A DNA stretch of 64,000 nucleotides from an uncultured Rhodobacteraceae bacterium (GCA_938028765.1 CALIZF010000020.1:8112-72111); one strand, 5' to 3'. Positions 8,722 through 19,241 are shown, numbered from the stretch's first letter. Numbers and translations: made by a program. The notes: generated by a model not told the origin, from the sequence alone.

Positions 8722-10506
8722 TCAGGGATCGGCGAACTGCAACCGGCAGAGATCGGCGTAAAGCCCCCCGCGCGCCAGCAGTTCGGCATGGGTGCCCTGA
8801 TCGGCGGCCCGGCCGCGGTCCATGACCACGATCCGGTCGGCCCCCTGCACCGTCGCCAGCCGGTGCGCGATCACCAGCGTCGTGCGCCCGCGCGACAGCC
8901 GGTCGAGGGCCGCCTGCACCGCCGCCTCGGTTCCGGCGTCGAGCGCCGAGGTCGCCTCGTCCAGCAAAAGCACGGGCGCGTCGCGCAGGATCGCCCGCGC
9001 GATCGCCACCCGCTGGCGCTGGCCGCCCGACAGTGCCGACCCGCGCGGGCCCACCGGCGTATCGAGGCCGCGGGGCAGGCGCGGCAGGAACTCGTCCACC
9101 GCCGCCGCCTCGATCGCGGCGCGCAGCTGCGCCTCGGGCACGTCAGAGCGGCCCATCAGGATGTTGTCCCGCAGGGTTTCGTCGAACAGCGCCGCCTCCT
9201 GGCTGACGACCGAGAAGAGGGCGCGCAGGTCTTTCAGGGCGAGGTCGCGGACGTCGGTGCCGCCCAGGGTGATGCGGCCCGCCTGCGGGTCGGCCAGCCG
9301 GGTCAGAAGCGTGAACACCGTCGTCTTGCCCGCGCCCGAGGGGCCGACCAGCGCGGTCGTGCGGTCGGCCTCGGCCAGCATGTCGAAGCCGCGCAGCGCG
9401 GGCGCGTTCGCGCCGCCGGCATAGGCGAAGGTCACGCCTTCGAACCGGATCGGGCCCGCGCGGTCCACGGCCGGCGGTGCGGCGGGGCGGGCAGGGTCGG
9501 TGACGCGCACCGGTTCGTCCATCAGCGCGCGCACCCGTTCGAGGCTGGCTAGCACGATCTGCAGCTGCGCGGACACCCCGCCGAGGCGTCGCAGGGGTTC
9601 GAACACCAGCGCGATGGCGGTGAAGAACGACAGGAAGGCCCCGAGCGTCTTTTCCCCGCCGATGATCTCGGCCCCGCCGTAGAACAGCACGCCGATGAGC
9701 CCGATGGCGGCGATCACGTCCATCATCGAGGGGATGGCGGCCCCGCCCGCCGTCGCCCGCACCATCGCGCCCACATAGTCGTCCACCGCGCGGCCGTAGC
9801 GGCTGCCCTCGCGCGCCTCGGTGCCGTTCAGCTGCACCGTGACGATGCCGTGGAAGATTTCGTCCAGCCGGGTAGCCGCCCGCGCCGCGGCGTCGCGCGC
9901 CGCGCGCGAGGTGCGGCGCACGAGGCGCTGCATCACCAGCACCGGCCCGATCATCAAGGGCGCGCCGAGGATGGCGATCAGCGTCCAGACCCAGTCGATC
10001 GACAGCGCGACGCCAAGCAGCGCGATCACCGACACGAGGTCGCGGCCGAAGGGCGCGACGACGCCGCCGAAGAACTGCACCACCGCCCCGGTGTCGCCCC
10101 GCACCCGCTCGATCAGCGTGCCGGGGGCGTGGGTGCGGTAGAAGGCATGGTCGAGCCGCATCAGATGCGCCAGCGTGTCCTTCTGCATCTCGCCCGCCGC
10201 GCGTTCCGAAATCACGGCGACCAGCACCTGCTGGCCGAGGCCAGACAGCGCGCGCAGCGCGAAGATGCCGCCGATGGCGAGCGCGCCCCAGCCGATGGCG
10301 GCGGCATTGCGCGCCACGAACACGTCGTCGAAGAGCGGCTTGACCACGAAGGACAAGGCGCCCAGCATCCCGCCCTCGACCGCCATCAGCACGACGGCGG
10401 CCAGCATCATCGGCCAGCGTTTCCAGAGGTAGTCGCGCCACAGCCAGCGGATCAGGCCATGTCGCGCGGGCGCCTGACCGGCGGGGGGCGGGTGCGTGTC
10501 TGTCAT
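8722..10506 (-). CDS. ABC transporter, fused permease/ATP-binding exporter (MsbA-like)
   Basis: N-terminal 6-TM domain. Walker A GPSGAGKTT, signature LSGGQRQR, Walker B LLLDEATSALD. Confidence 0.9.
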   Translation of the reverse strand: MTDTHPPPAGQAPARHGLIRWLWRDYLWKRWPMMLAAVVLMAVEGGMLGALSFVVKPLFDDVFVARNAAAIGWGALAIGGIFALRALSGLGQQVLVAVISERAAGEMQKDTLAHLMRLDHAFYRTHAPGTLIERVRGDTGAVVQFFGGVVAPFGRDLVSVIALLGVALSIDWVWTLIAILGAPLMIGPVLVMQRLVRRTSRAARDAAARAATRLDEIFHGIVTVQLNGTEAREGSRYGRAVDDYVGAMVRATAGGAAIPSMMDVIAAIGLIGVLFYGGAEIIGGEKTLGAFLSFFTAIALVFEPLRRLGGVSAQLQIVLASLERVRALMDEPVRVTDPARPAAPPAVDRAGPIRFEGVTFAYAGGANAPALRGFDMLAEADRTTALVGPSGAGKTTVFTLLTRLADPQAGRITLGGTDVRDLALKDLRALFSVVSQEAALFDETLRDNILMGRSDVPEAQLRAAIEAAAVDEFLPRLPRGLDTPVGPRGSALSGGQRQRVAIARAILRDAPVLLLDEATSALDAGTEAAVQAALDRLSRGRTTLVIAHRLATVQGADRIVVMDRGRAADQGTHAELLARGGLYADLCRLQFADP

Positions 10507-10609
10507 CGCGGCGGCGCATAGCAGCGCGGACGCAGGGCGGCAAGGAACCGCCGGTTGACCCGGCGCGGCCGCCCGCCTAAGCCGTCACCGTTCGTGATCG
10601 GAGACCGCG

Positions 10610-11845
10610 ATGCCGCTTGCCGCCGGCCGTCCCTATGCCGCGATCCCCGGCCCTTCGGTGATCCCCGACCGGGTTCTGGCCGCCATGCACCGCGCCGCCC
10701 CCAACATCTACGCCGGCGAGGCGGTCGAGATGGTGCCCGCCATCGCTGCCGACCTGCGCACGGTGGCGCGCGGGGCCGACCATGTGGCGATGTACATCGG
10801 GAACGGCCACGCCGGCTGGGAGGCGGCGAACACCAACCTGTTCTCGCGGGGCGACCGGGCGCTGGCGCTGGTCACCGGCCGGTTCGGCGAGGGCTGGGCG
10901 GCGTCCGTCCGCGCACTCGGGGTCGAGGTTGAGGCCATCGACTTCGGCCGCCGCGCGCCGGTCGATCCTGCCCGGGTGGAGGACGCGCTGCGCGCCGACC
11001 GCGCCGGGCGCATCCGCGCCGTGCTGCTGACCCATGTCGATACCGCAACGAGCGTCCTGAACGACGTGGCGGCGGTGCGCGCGGCGATCGACGCGGCGGG
11101 GCACCCCGCGCTTCTCGCGGTGGACTGCATCGCCTCGCTCGGCTGCGACCGCTTCGAGATGGCGGGCTGGGGCGTGGACGTGATGGTGTCGGCCAGCCAG
11201 AAGGGGCTGATGGTGCCGCCCGGCATGGCCTTCGTCTGGCTGTCGGACAAGGCGGCGGCGGCGACGGCGGACAGCGGCCTGCGCACGCCCTACTGGGACT
11301 GGCGGCCCCGGATCGCCGCGACCGAGGCGTGGATGTACTGGTTCGGCACGGCGCCGACCCATCACCTCTACGGTCTGCGCGTGGCGCTCGACATGATCCT
11401 GCGCGAGGAGGGGCTGGAGGCCGTCTGGGCGCGCCACCGGGCGCTTGCCGGCGCGGTCTGGGCCGCCGCCGAGGCCTGGGGGCGCGGGTCGGCTGTTGCG
11501 CTGAACATCGCCGACCCCGCCGCGCGGTCCTGCGCCGTCACATCCCTGCGGTTCGCCGCGCCGGACGCCACGCGCCTCAGGGACTGGTGCGACCGCGAGG
11601 CGGGCCTGACGCTTGGCGTGGGGCTCGGGATGGCAGATCCGGCGGACCCGGCCTGGCACGGGTTCCTGCGGGTCGGGCACATGGGGCATGTGAACGCGCC
11701 GATGATCCTCGGCGCGCTGGCGACGATGGAGGCGGGGATGGCCGCGCTCGGCATTCCGCACGGCGCCGGCGGGGCGGCCGCGGCGGCGGCCGCCGTCGCC
11801 GCGGCCGCACCCGGCCCGGGGGCGCCGGCGCGGGCGGCGGAATAG
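10610..11845 (+). CDS. class V aminotransferase (serine/alanine-glyoxylate type)
   Basis: PLP-lysine region VSASQKGLMVPPG and overall class V layout. Ala-rich low-complexity C-terminal tail. Confidence 0.8.
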   Translation: MPLAAGRPYAAIPGPSVIPDRVLAAMHRAAPNIYAGEAVEMVPAIAADLRTVARGADHVAMYIGNGHAGWEAANTNLFSRGDRALALVTGRFGEGWAASVRALGVEVEAIDFGRRAPVDPARVEDALRADRAGRIRAVLLTHVDTATSVLNDVAAVRAAIDAAGHPALLAVDCIASLGCDRFEMAGWGVDVMVSASQKGLMVPPGMAFVWLSDKAAAATADSGLRTPYWDWRPRIAATEAWMYWFGTAPTHHLYGLRVALDMILREEGLEAVWARHRALAGAVWAAAEAWGRGSAVALNIADPAARSCAVTSLRFAAPDATRLRDWCDREAGLTLGVGLGMADPADPAWHGFLRVGHMGHVNAPMILGALATMEAGMAALGIPHGAGGAAAAAAAVAAAAPGPGAPARAAE

Positions 11846-11852
11846 CCCCGCG

Positions 11853-12230
11853 TCAGTAGCCCTTGGCGGCCAGCCAGCCGCGCATCCAGGCGATCTCGGC
11901 CTCCTGCGCCGCGATCACCTGTTCGGCCAGCGCCCGCACCGCGGGGTCGCTGCCGTGTTCGAGCACGATCCGCGCCATCGCCACCGCGCCCTCGTGGTGC
12001 GGGATCATGCCGCGCACGAAATCCACGTCCGCATCGCCGGTGAAGGGAACGTCCATCGCGGCGTGCATCGCCGCGTTAGAGGCGCGGAAGGCGGCGGTCG
12101 CCGGCGTCTCGGCCGGGGCCGCGCCGTGGCCGGTGTGGCCGGCGTGACCGGTGTGTTGCGTCTGTGCGGGGGCGGCAGTGGCGAAGGCCGCGGCAAGGGC
12201 GGCAGCGGCAAGGATGTGCGTCGGGCGCAT
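11853..12230 (-). CDS. DUF305 family periplasmic protein (His-rich)
   Basis: Signal peptide, [10 protein letters not shown] repeat and the DUF305 core [16 protein letters not shown]. Confidence 0.8.
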   Translation of the reverse strand: MRPTHILAAAALAAAFATAAPAQTQHTGHAGHTGHGAAPAETPATAAFRASNAAMHAAMDVPFTGDADVDFVRGMIPHHEGAVAMARIVLEHGSDPAVRALAEQVIAAQEAEIAWMRGWLAAKGY

Positions 12231-12293
12231 GGTCGTCTCCGGTCTGGGCGGTCCAGCCGCGGGGCTGCAGGGTTCCCGCAGCGGGAAGGCAAG

Positions 12294-13412
12294 TCACGCC
12301 GCCGTGTGCGCGGCGGCGTCCGCCAGCGCCCCCGGCAGGGCGGCGGCGAAGGCGGCGTGATCGGCGGGGCGGCCGCAGGTCACGCGGATGCAACGGTCGT
12401 GCGGCGGCACGAAGGGCATCCGCACGAACACGCCCCGCGCCACCAGCCCGTCGCGCACTGCCCGGGCGAAGGCCCCGTCGCGGCCGCAGTCGATGGTGAC
12501 AAAGTTCGTGGCCGAGGGCAGGGGGGTCAGCCCGTGCGCGCGGGCGATGCGCGCAAGGTCCTCGCGCGCCGCCGCCACCTGCGCCTGCACCGCCGCGAGA
12601 TGCCCCGCGTCGGCCAGCGCCGCCAGCGCCCCGGCCTGCGCCACGCGGCCGACGCCGAAGTGGTTGCGCACCTTGTCGAAGGCCGCGATCAGCCCGGGCG
12701 CCGCCAGCGCATAACCGACGCGCAGCCCCGCTAGACCGTGCGCCTTCGAGAAGGTCCGCAGCCGGATCACCCGCGGGTCGTCCGCGTCCACCGGCGCCGC
12801 GGTGCCTGCGGGTGCGAGGTCCACATAGGCCTCGTCCAGCGCCAGCAGGGTGCCGTCCGGCAGCGCATCCAGCATCGCCGCGACCGCCGCGCCGGGGTGG
12901 TGCGACCCCATCGGATTGTCGGGATTGGCGAGGTAGACGAGCTTCGCCCCCGTCGCCGCTGCCTTTGCAGCCAGCGCCGCCGGATCCTCATGCTCGCCCG
13001 CATAGGGCACCTTGTGCAGGATGCCCCCGAAGCCCGCGACGTGGAAGTTGAAGGTCGGATAGGCGCCGTCCGAGGTCACCACCGCATCGCCCGGGCCCAC
13101 GAGCAGGCGCACGAGGCAGCCCAGCAGGCCGTCGATCCCCTCGCCCACGGTGACATGGGCGGGCGTGGTGCCGTGGTGCGCGGCGAGTGCCGCGCGCAGA
13201 TCGTGGACTTCGGGGTCGCCGTATTTCCACGCCTCGGCCGCCGCCGCGGCCATGGCCGCGACCGCGGCGGGCGAGGGGCCGAAAACGCTTTCGTTGGCAC
13301 CGATCCGTGCGGCGAAGGGGGCGCCGCGCGCACGCTCCTGCGTCTCGGGCCCGACGAAGGGCACGGTGGCGGGCAGCGCGGCGGCGAGGGCGGTGTAGCG
13401 GGGTCCGGTCAT
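12294..13412 (-). CDS. hisC: histidinol-phosphate aminotransferase (class II PLP aminotransferase)
   Basis: GANESVFGPSP N-terminal motif and PLP-Lys motif RTFSKAHGLAGLRVGY. Start taken at MTGPRYT (ATG 13412). Confidence 0.8.
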   Translation of the reverse strand: MTGPRYTALAAALPATVPFVGPETQERARGAPFAARIGANESVFGPSPAAVAAMAAAAAEAWKYGDPEVHDLRAALAAHHGTTPAHVTVGEGIDGLLGCLVRLLVGPGDAVVTSDGAYPTFNFHVAGFGGILHKVPYAGEHEDPAALAAKAAATGAKLVYLANPDNPMGSHHPGAAVAAMLDALPDGTLLALDEAYVDLAPAGTAAPVDADDPRVIRLRTFSKAHGLAGLRVGYALAAPGLIAAFDKVRNHFGVGRVAQAGALAALADAGHLAAVQAQVAAAREDLARIARAHGLTPLPSATNFVTIDCGRDGAFARAVRDGLVARGVFVRMPFVPPHDRCIRVTCGRPADHAAFAAALPGALADAAAHTAA

Positions 13413-13484
13413 GACGGCGGTGTGCCCGAGGCCGCGCCGCGCGGCAAGGGCCGGAAGACGCGGCGGCGGGAACGGCCGATGCCC

Positions 13485-13535
13485 CCGGGGCGCTGCCCCG
13501 GACCCCGGAATATTTCCGGCACGATGGAGCAGGCA
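13485..13535 (+). repeat. composite intergenic repeat, copy C (7-bp GC hairpin + conserved lower-GC tail)
   Basis: CCGGGGC-GCT-GCCCCGG followed by ACCCCGGAATATTTCCGGCACGATGGAGCAGG. The first 31 nt match the reverse complement of 48753-48801 at 30 of 31 positions. Confidence 0.7.
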
Positions 13536-13587
13536 CAACGCCCGGCGCGCAGGCGCGGCGTCCGTCGGGGCGACGGGGCGCGCTGCG

Positions 13588-15138
13588 TCAGCGCCGCCGC
13601 AGCGCGCCGAAGTCGCCCGGCCGGAACGCGCCGAGAAGGGCGCCCGTGCCGAAGTAGACCGCGATCCCGAGCGCGATCAGCGCGGCGAGGGCGCCGTAGC
13701 GCAGGCCCGGCGCGGCCAGGACCGGCGCAAGCGGGATCGCGGCGGCCCAGAGGGCGGCGCCCATGATCGCGCTGGCCGCCGCGATGCGGGGCAGGCGGGC
13801 GCGCAGCCGGTCGTCGGCGCGCGTCACGTCGCCGAGGCGGCGCACGCCCCACATCAGCTGCCCGAGCATCACCCAGGCGGCCACGGTGGTGGCCAGCGCC
13901 GCCGCCGCAAAGCCGATGACGGGCATCAGGCCGATGGCGATCCCGGCGTTCACGACGATCGAGACCAGGGCATAGTGCATCGGCCGCCGCGTGTCCTCGC
14001 GCGCGTAGTAGAGGGGCTGCCACACCTTCTGCAGCACGAAGGCGGGCAGGCCCGCGCCGTAGATAGCGAGCGCCAGCGCAGTGTTCGCAGTGTCGGCGGC
14101 GGTAAAGGCGCCGCGTTCGAACAGCACCCCGATAAGCGGCCCCGCGATGACGACCAGCGCCACCGCCGCCGGCAGCGTCAGCGCCAGCCCGAACTCTGCC
14201 CCGCGCGAGAAGGCCCATCGTCCGCCCGCACCGTCGCCTGCGCGCAGCCGTCGCGACAGGTCGGGCAGCAGGACCGTGCCGATCGCCACGCCCACCACGC
14301 CGAGCGGCAGCTGGTAGAGCCGGTCGGCATAGGCGAGCCAGGCGACCGCGCCTTCGGTAAAGCTCGCCACCTGCCGGCCCACGATCAGGTTCACCTGCAC
14401 CACCCCGCCCGTCAGCACCGCGGGCGCGGCGATCACCGCCAGCCGGCGCAGCCCGGGCGTCAGTCGCGGCAGCCGCGGCCAGAGGACGAACCCCGCCCGC
14501 GCCGCCATCGCCCAGGTGAAGAGGAACTGCACGATCCCGGTCAGCGGCACCGTCCAGGCGAGCGTCAGGCCCTGATCCCAGCCCATGCAGTCGGCCGCCA
14601 GCATCGCGGCGATGAACATGAGGTTCATCAGCACCGGCACCACCGACGCCTCGGTGAACCGCCCGAAGGTGTTCAGCACCCCCGACAGGAGCGCCACGAG
14701 GCTGATGAACAGGATGTAGACGAAGGCGATCCGGCCGTAGAGCACGGCCAGCGCGAACCGCTCGTCCCCGGCGAACCCCGCCGCCATCGCCCAGACCAGC
14801 CAGGGCATGGCGAGCGTGCCGAGGACGGTGAAAGGCACCAGCACCGCGGCAAGGCCGGAAAAGGCGTCCCGCGCGAAGCCCTTCGGATCCTCGCCGGCCT
14901 CCACCCGCTTGGCGAACATCGGCACGAAGGCCATGTTGAAGGCCCCTTCCGCGAAGAAGCGGCGAAAGAGGTTGGGCAGCGAGAAGGCGATCAGGAAGGC
15001 CTCGGCTGCCGGGCCCGCGCCGAGGTAGGCGGCCATCATCACGTCGCGCGCAAAGCCCGCGACGCGGCTGGCCATCGTCCAGAGGCCGACCGTGAGAAAC
15101 CCCCGCAGGAGGCGGATCGGACCGGACGCCGCTGCCAT
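13588..15138 (-). CDS. murJ: lipid II flippase MurJ
   Basis: 516 aa, ~14 TM. MurJ/MviN N-terminus (SRVAGFARDVMMAAYLGAG, PNLFRRFFAEGAFNMAFVP). Confidence 0.95.
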   Translation of the reverse strand: MAAASGPIRLLRGFLTVGLWTMASRVAGFARDVMMAAYLGAGPAAEAFLIAFSLPNLFRRFFAEGAFNMAFVPMFAKRVEAGEDPKGFARDAFSGLAAVLVPFTVLGTLAMPWLVWAMAAGFAGDERFALAVLYGRIAFVYILFISLVALLSGVLNTFGRFTEASVVPVLMNLMFIAAMLAADCMGWDQGLTLAWTVPLTGIVQFLFTWAMAARAGFVLWPRLPRLTPGLRRLAVIAAPAVLTGGVVQVNLIVGRQVASFTEGAVAWLAYADRLYQLPLGVVGVAIGTVLLPDLSRRLRAGDGAGGRWAFSRGAEFGLALTLPAAVALVVIAGPLIGVLFERGAFTAADTANTALALAIYGAGLPAFVLQKVWQPLYYAREDTRRPMHYALVSIVVNAGIAIGLMPVIGFAAAALATTVAAWVMLGQLMWGVRRLGDVTRADDRLRARLPRIAAASAIMGAALWAAAIPLAPVLAAPGLRYGALAALIALGIAVYFGTGALLGAFRPGDFGALRRR

Positions 15139-15142
15139 GGGA

Positions 15143-17914
15143 TCAGCCGGTCGCCCGGGCCGCGCCGTCGGCGATGGCCTGGCGCAGCTTGCGCTCGAGG
15201 CTGTCCTGCTTGGACTTGGCGTAGAGCTTCAGGCCGAACATGTCCTTGACATAGAACGTGTCCACCGCTTGCGCCCCGTAGGTCGCGATCACCGCGCTGG
15301 CGATGTAGATGTGGCTTGCGGCCAGCGTCCGCGTCAGGTCGTAGAGCAGCCCCGGCCGGTCGCGGGTATCGACCTCGATCAGCGTGTAGATGTCGGACGC
15401 GTCGTTGTCGAAGGTGATCGTCGTCGGGAAGCGGAAGGCGCGGTCGCGCTTCTTCTGCCGGTCGCGGTCCTTCAGCGCCTCGCGCGCCACCACCTCGCCC
15501 TTCAGCGTCCGCTGGATCATCCGCGTCAGGCGCGGCAGCCGGGCGGTGTCGTAGGGGTGGCCCGCCTCGTCCTGCACCCAGAACACCGCCGTGGCATAGC
15601 CGTCCTTCGAGGTGTAGGTCCGCGCGTCCACCACGTTGGCCCCCACGAGCGCCAGCGCACCGGCGAGACGCGAGAAGATGCCGGGGTGGTCCTCCAGCAC
15701 GAAGGCGGCGCGGGTGGCGTCGTGCGCCTCGTCGGGGTGCAGGTCGATGGCGATCTCGCCCGGCTTCGCGTCGCGCAGCAGGCGGGCGAACACCGCCTGC
15801 GTTTCGGTCGGCAGGCCCTGCCAGTAGGGGCCGTAGTGGCGGGCAAGCTCGCGCTCCAGCACCTCGGGCGGCCAGTCCTTCAGCGCGGCGCGCAGCGCAT
15901 CCTTGGCCTCGTCCTCCCGGCGCTCGCGATTGACGGCCTCGAGCCCGTTTTCCAGCGCATCGGCCGTATCGCGGTAAAGGCGGCGCAGCAGCATCGCCTT
16001 CCAGTTGTTCCAGGTTCCGGGCCCCACGCCGCGGATGTCGCAGATCGTCAGCACCGTCAGCAGATCGAGCCGCTTCTTGGTGCGCACCGCGCGGGCGAAG
16101 TCGCGCACCGTGCGGGGGTCGGCAATGTCGCGCTTCTGCGCCGTGTCGGACATCAGAAGGTGATGGCGCACCAGCCATTCCACCGTCTCGGCCTCGTCGG
16201 GCGGCAGGCCGAGGCGGGGTGCCACGCGCCGGGCGATCTGGGCGCCCAGCACCGAATGGTCCTCGGGGCGGCCCTTGCCGATATCGTGCAGGAAGAGGGC
16301 CAGGTAGAGGACGCGCCGGTTGACGCCCGCCTTCAGGATGGCCGAGGCGATCGGCAGTTCCTCGATGAGTTCCCCCCGCTCGATCCGCGCCAGCTGGCTG
16401 ATGCACTGGATGATGTGCTCGTCCACCGTGAAGTGGTGGTAGACGTTGAACTGCATCATCGCGACGATCGGCTCGAACTCGGGGATGAAGGCAGCGAGCA
16501 CTCCGAGTTCGTTCATCCGGCGCAGCGCCCGTTCGGGGTTGCCGTGATCGAGCAGCAGCCGCAGGAAGATCTCCGCCGCTTCCGGGGCTTCGCGCAGGCG
16601 GTCGTCGATGAGGTGAAGCCGCGCCGTGACCTGCCGCATCGCGTCGGGGTGGATCAGAAGGCCGGTGCGCAGCGCCTCCTCGAAGATGCGCAGAAGGTTG
16701 ATCGGCTCGGCGAAGAAGGCGGCGGGATCGGCAACCGACAGCCGGCCGTGGACGACGGCATAGTCCGGGTTCGGCCTTGGCCGATGGCGGAACAGCCGTT
16801 CGAGCGGCGGTGCGCCCTTGACGTGCCGCGCCTCGAGCGCGGTCAGGAAGATCCGGGTCAGCTCGCCCACCCGGGTGGCGTGGCGGAAGTAGTCCTGCAT
16901 GAAATGCTCGACCGCCCGGCGCCCGCCCGCGTCGCGGTACCCCATCCGCTCGGCCACCTCCACCTGCAGGTCGAAGGTCAGCTGGTCCATCGCGCGGCCG
17001 GCCGCGAGGTGCAGATGGCAGCGCACGGCCAGCAGGAAATCCTCGGCCCGGCGGAACACCGCGTATTCCTGAGGCGAGAACAGCCCTTCGCCCACAAGGT
17101 CCGCCGCGCTGTTAACGCCATGCAGATACTTGCCGATCCAGTAGAGCGTCTGCAGGTCGCGCAGGCCGCCCTTGCCCTCCTTCACGTTGGGTTCGAGGAC
17201 ATAGCGCTGACCGCCCTGCTTGCGGTGCCGCTCGGCCCGCTCGGCCAGTTTCGCTTCGATGAAGGCGGCGCCGGTGCCGGCGAAGACGTCGCTGCGCAGC
17301 CGGTCGCGCAGCTCGACCGCGAGGGCCGCGTCACCGCAGACATAGCGGTGTTCAAGAAGGGCGGTGCGGATCGTCAGGTCCTCGCGCGCCAGCCGCAGGC
17401 AGTCGCGCAGGGTGCGCGTGGCATGGCCGAGCTTCAGCCGCAGGTCCCACAGGATGTAGAGCATGGACTCGACCACGCTTTCCGCCCAAGGTGTGAGCTT
17501 CCAGGGCGTCACGAACAGCAGGTCCACGTCCGAGAAGGGCGCCATCTCGGCCCGGCCGTAACCGCCGACCGCGATCACCGCAAGTCGCTCGCCCTCGGTC
17601 GGGGCGGGCGCGGGGTGCAGCGCCTGAGCCGTGCGCAGCGTGACCTGCACCACGGCATCGGTCAGGCGCGTCTGCGCCGCGACCAGCGCGCGGGCGGACA
17701 GGGGCGAGGCGGCGAAGGCCGCCTCGATCCGCGCCAGTTCCGCAGCCCGGGCGGTCGTGATCCGGCGCACCGCGACGGCGCGGCGCTGGCCGGGGTCCGC
17801 GGCGGCGGGCAGCGCGGCGATATCCGCCGCGATCAGCGCGCCGACCGCGGCGGCGTCAAAGAGCGATCCGGCAGCGTCGAACCCGGCCCCGGCCAGCTCG
17901 ACCTCGGGCGGCAT
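15143..17914 (-). CDS. glnD: [protein-PII] uridylyltransferase/uridylyl-removing enzyme GlnD
   Basis: Nucleotidyltransferase region, HD domain (LFLHDIGKGRPEDHS) and two C-terminal ACT-like segments. Start chosen at MPPEVEL (17914), just downstream of the neighbour's stop; the track ORF runs to 18067. Confidence 0.9.
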   Translation of the reverse strand: MPPEVELAGAGFDAAGSLFDAAAVGALIAADIAALPAAADPGQRRAVAVRRITTARAAELARIEAAFAASPLSARALVAAQTRLTDAVVQVTLRTAQALHPAPAPTEGERLAVIAVGGYGRAEMAPFSDVDLLFVTPWKLTPWAESVVESMLYILWDLRLKLGHATRTLRDCLRLAREDLTIRTALLEHRYVCGDAALAVELRDRLRSDVFAGTGAAFIEAKLAERAERHRKQGGQRYVLEPNVKEGKGGLRDLQTLYWIGKYLHGVNSAADLVGEGLFSPQEYAVFRRAEDFLLAVRCHLHLAAGRAMDQLTFDLQVEVAERMGYRDAGGRRAVEHFMQDYFRHATRVGELTRIFLTALEARHVKGAPPLERLFRHRPRPNPDYAVVHGRLSVADPAAFFAEPINLLRIFEEALRTGLLIHPDAMRQVTARLHLIDDRLREAPEAAEIFLRLLLDHGNPERALRRMNELGVLAAFIPEFEPIVAMMQFNVYHHFTVDEHIIQCISQLARIERGELIEELPIASAILKAGVNRRVLYLALFLHDIGKGRPEDHSVLGAQIARRVAPRLGLPPDEAETVEWLVRHHLLMSDTAQKRDIADPRTVRDFARAVRTKKRLDLLTVLTICDIRGVGPGTWNNWKAMLLRRLYRDTADALENGLEAVNRERREDEAKDALRAALKDWPPEVLERELARHYGPYWQGLPTETQAVFARLLRDAKPGEIAIDLHPDEAHDATRAAFVLEDHPGIFSRLAGALALVGANVVDARTYTSKDGYATAVFWVQDEAGHPYDTARLPRLTRMIQRTLKGEVVAREALKDRDRQKKRDRAFRFPTTITFDNDASDIYTLIEVDTRDRPGLLYDLTRTLAASHIYIASAVIATYGAQAVDTFYVKDMFGLKLYAKSKQDSLERKLRQAIADGAARATG

Positions 17915-17930
17915 CTGCAGGGGTGCGGCG

Positions 17931-19112
17931 TCAGAAACCGGCACCGCCGAAGCTTCTCGGGGCGGGGTCGATGATGACGGCCTGACCGCCGCGGACCTCG
18001 GCCACGGCGAGGGCACGCTCGTTCGTGCCGTCGGCGAGGAAGCGGAAGGTGCCGTTGACGCCGGCAAAACCCGCGGGCTGCGTCAGCGCGGCGGCCGACA
18101 GCGCATCGCTGCGCCCCTGGCGCACCAGCGCGCCGATCGCGGCGATCCCGTCGTAGGCAAGACCTGCGATCGGATGCGGCGGGCCGCCGAAGGCCGCGGC
18201 GTAACGCGCCTCGAACTGCCCCGTGACGCCGGGATCGGGCAGCGCGAACCACCCCCCCTGCACGCCGGGCAGCGCCAGCGTCGCGGCCGGGATGTCCCAC
18301 CGGGTCAGGCCGAGGAACCGCGCCCTGTCGGGCGTCAGGCCGTTGTCGCGCAGAAGCTGTGTCAGCAGCGGCAGGGCGCCGGCCGAGTCGGCGGTCAGGA
18401 CGAGCGCATCCGCCCCCGCCGCCCGTGCCTGCGCGACGATGCCCGGCACCGCCTGCACCACGCCGTCCTGCGAGAATTCGTAGGATGCTGTCCCCGCGAC
18501 CGTTGCCCCCCGCGCCGCCGCCGCCCGCGCCACGGCGGCGCGGCCGACCTCGCCTGCCGGCGTCCGTTCGTGCACGATCATCACGCGCCGCTGGCCTTGC
18601 CGCGCGGCATAGCCGACCAGCCGGTTCGCCGTGTTCTGGAAGGTCGAGCCAAGGATGAACAAGTTCCCGCCCGCGATGTCGGGGTTGTTCGAGAAGCTGA
18701 GGACATTGATCCCCCGGCCTGCCACCGCGGCCCCGACGGCGTTCGCCTCGGCCGCGAAGACCGGGCCGAGGATGATGCCCGCGCCCTCGTCCGCCGCCTT
18801 CACCGCGGCCGCCTGCGCCTGCGCAGGGCTGCCCCCCGTGGGATAGACGCGCAGGTCGATCCGCACTCCGCCGAGGTCGCCGACTGCAAGGCGCGCCGCG
18901 TTTTCCAGCGACTGCGCCAGCACCCGGTCGCCCGCGCTGCCTGAACCCGAGGGGACGAGCAGCGCCACCGCGACCGGCGCGCCCGGGTCCACCGCCGGGC
19001 CGCGCGCAGGTGCCGCCACCGGCTCGCAGGCGGCAAGCCCGAGGGCCGCGATGACAGGCAGGGCCAGCGACGCAAGGCACCGGGTCAGGGCGGGGAGGGA
19101 GGCGAAGGTCAT
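17931..19112 (-). CDS. penicillin-binding protein activator LpoA-like lipoprotein (type I periplasmic-binding fold)
   Basis: Lipobox LGLAAC and a LivK-like periplasmic binding fold. Neighbourhood with rsmI (divergent) and yraN resembles the enterobacterial rsmI-lpoA-yraN locus. Confidence 0.7.
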   Translation of the reverse strand: MTFASLPALTRCLASLALPVIAALGLAACEPVAAPARGPAVDPGAPVAVALLVPSGSGSAGDRVLAQSLENAARLAVGDLGGVRIDLRVYPTGGSPAQAQAAAVKAADEGAGIILGPVFAAEANAVGAAVAGRGINVLSFSNNPDIAGGNLFILGSTFQNTANRLVGYAARQGQRRVMIVHERTPAGEVGRAAVARAAAARGATVAGTASYEFSQDGVVQAVPGIVAQARAAGADALVLTADSAGALPLLTQLLRDNGLTPDRARFLGLTRWDIPAATLALPGVQGGWFALPDPGVTGQFEARYAAAFGGPPHPIAGLAYDGIAAIGALVRQGRSDALSAAALTQPAGFAGVNGTFRFLADGTNERALAVAEVRGGQAVIIDPAPRSFGGAGF

Positions 19113-19241
19113 CGTCACAAGGCTCCGGGCGGGGGCGAACGGCCTTGACCGTAAGCGGATCCGGCCGCCAAGTAAACGCGCCCCGCCGGCCGTTCCGCGC
19201 CCGCGCGGGCGCTCCGGGGAAAGCCGCCGAAGGAGCCGCCG

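Noticed and set aside
13515-13532. Sigma-54-like promoter (CGGCACG-ATGG-AGCA) inside repeat copy C.
   Set aside because: The GG-to-GC spacing is one nucleotide short of the TGGCACG-N4-TTGCW consensus. The other two repeat copies lack the GC element at that position.
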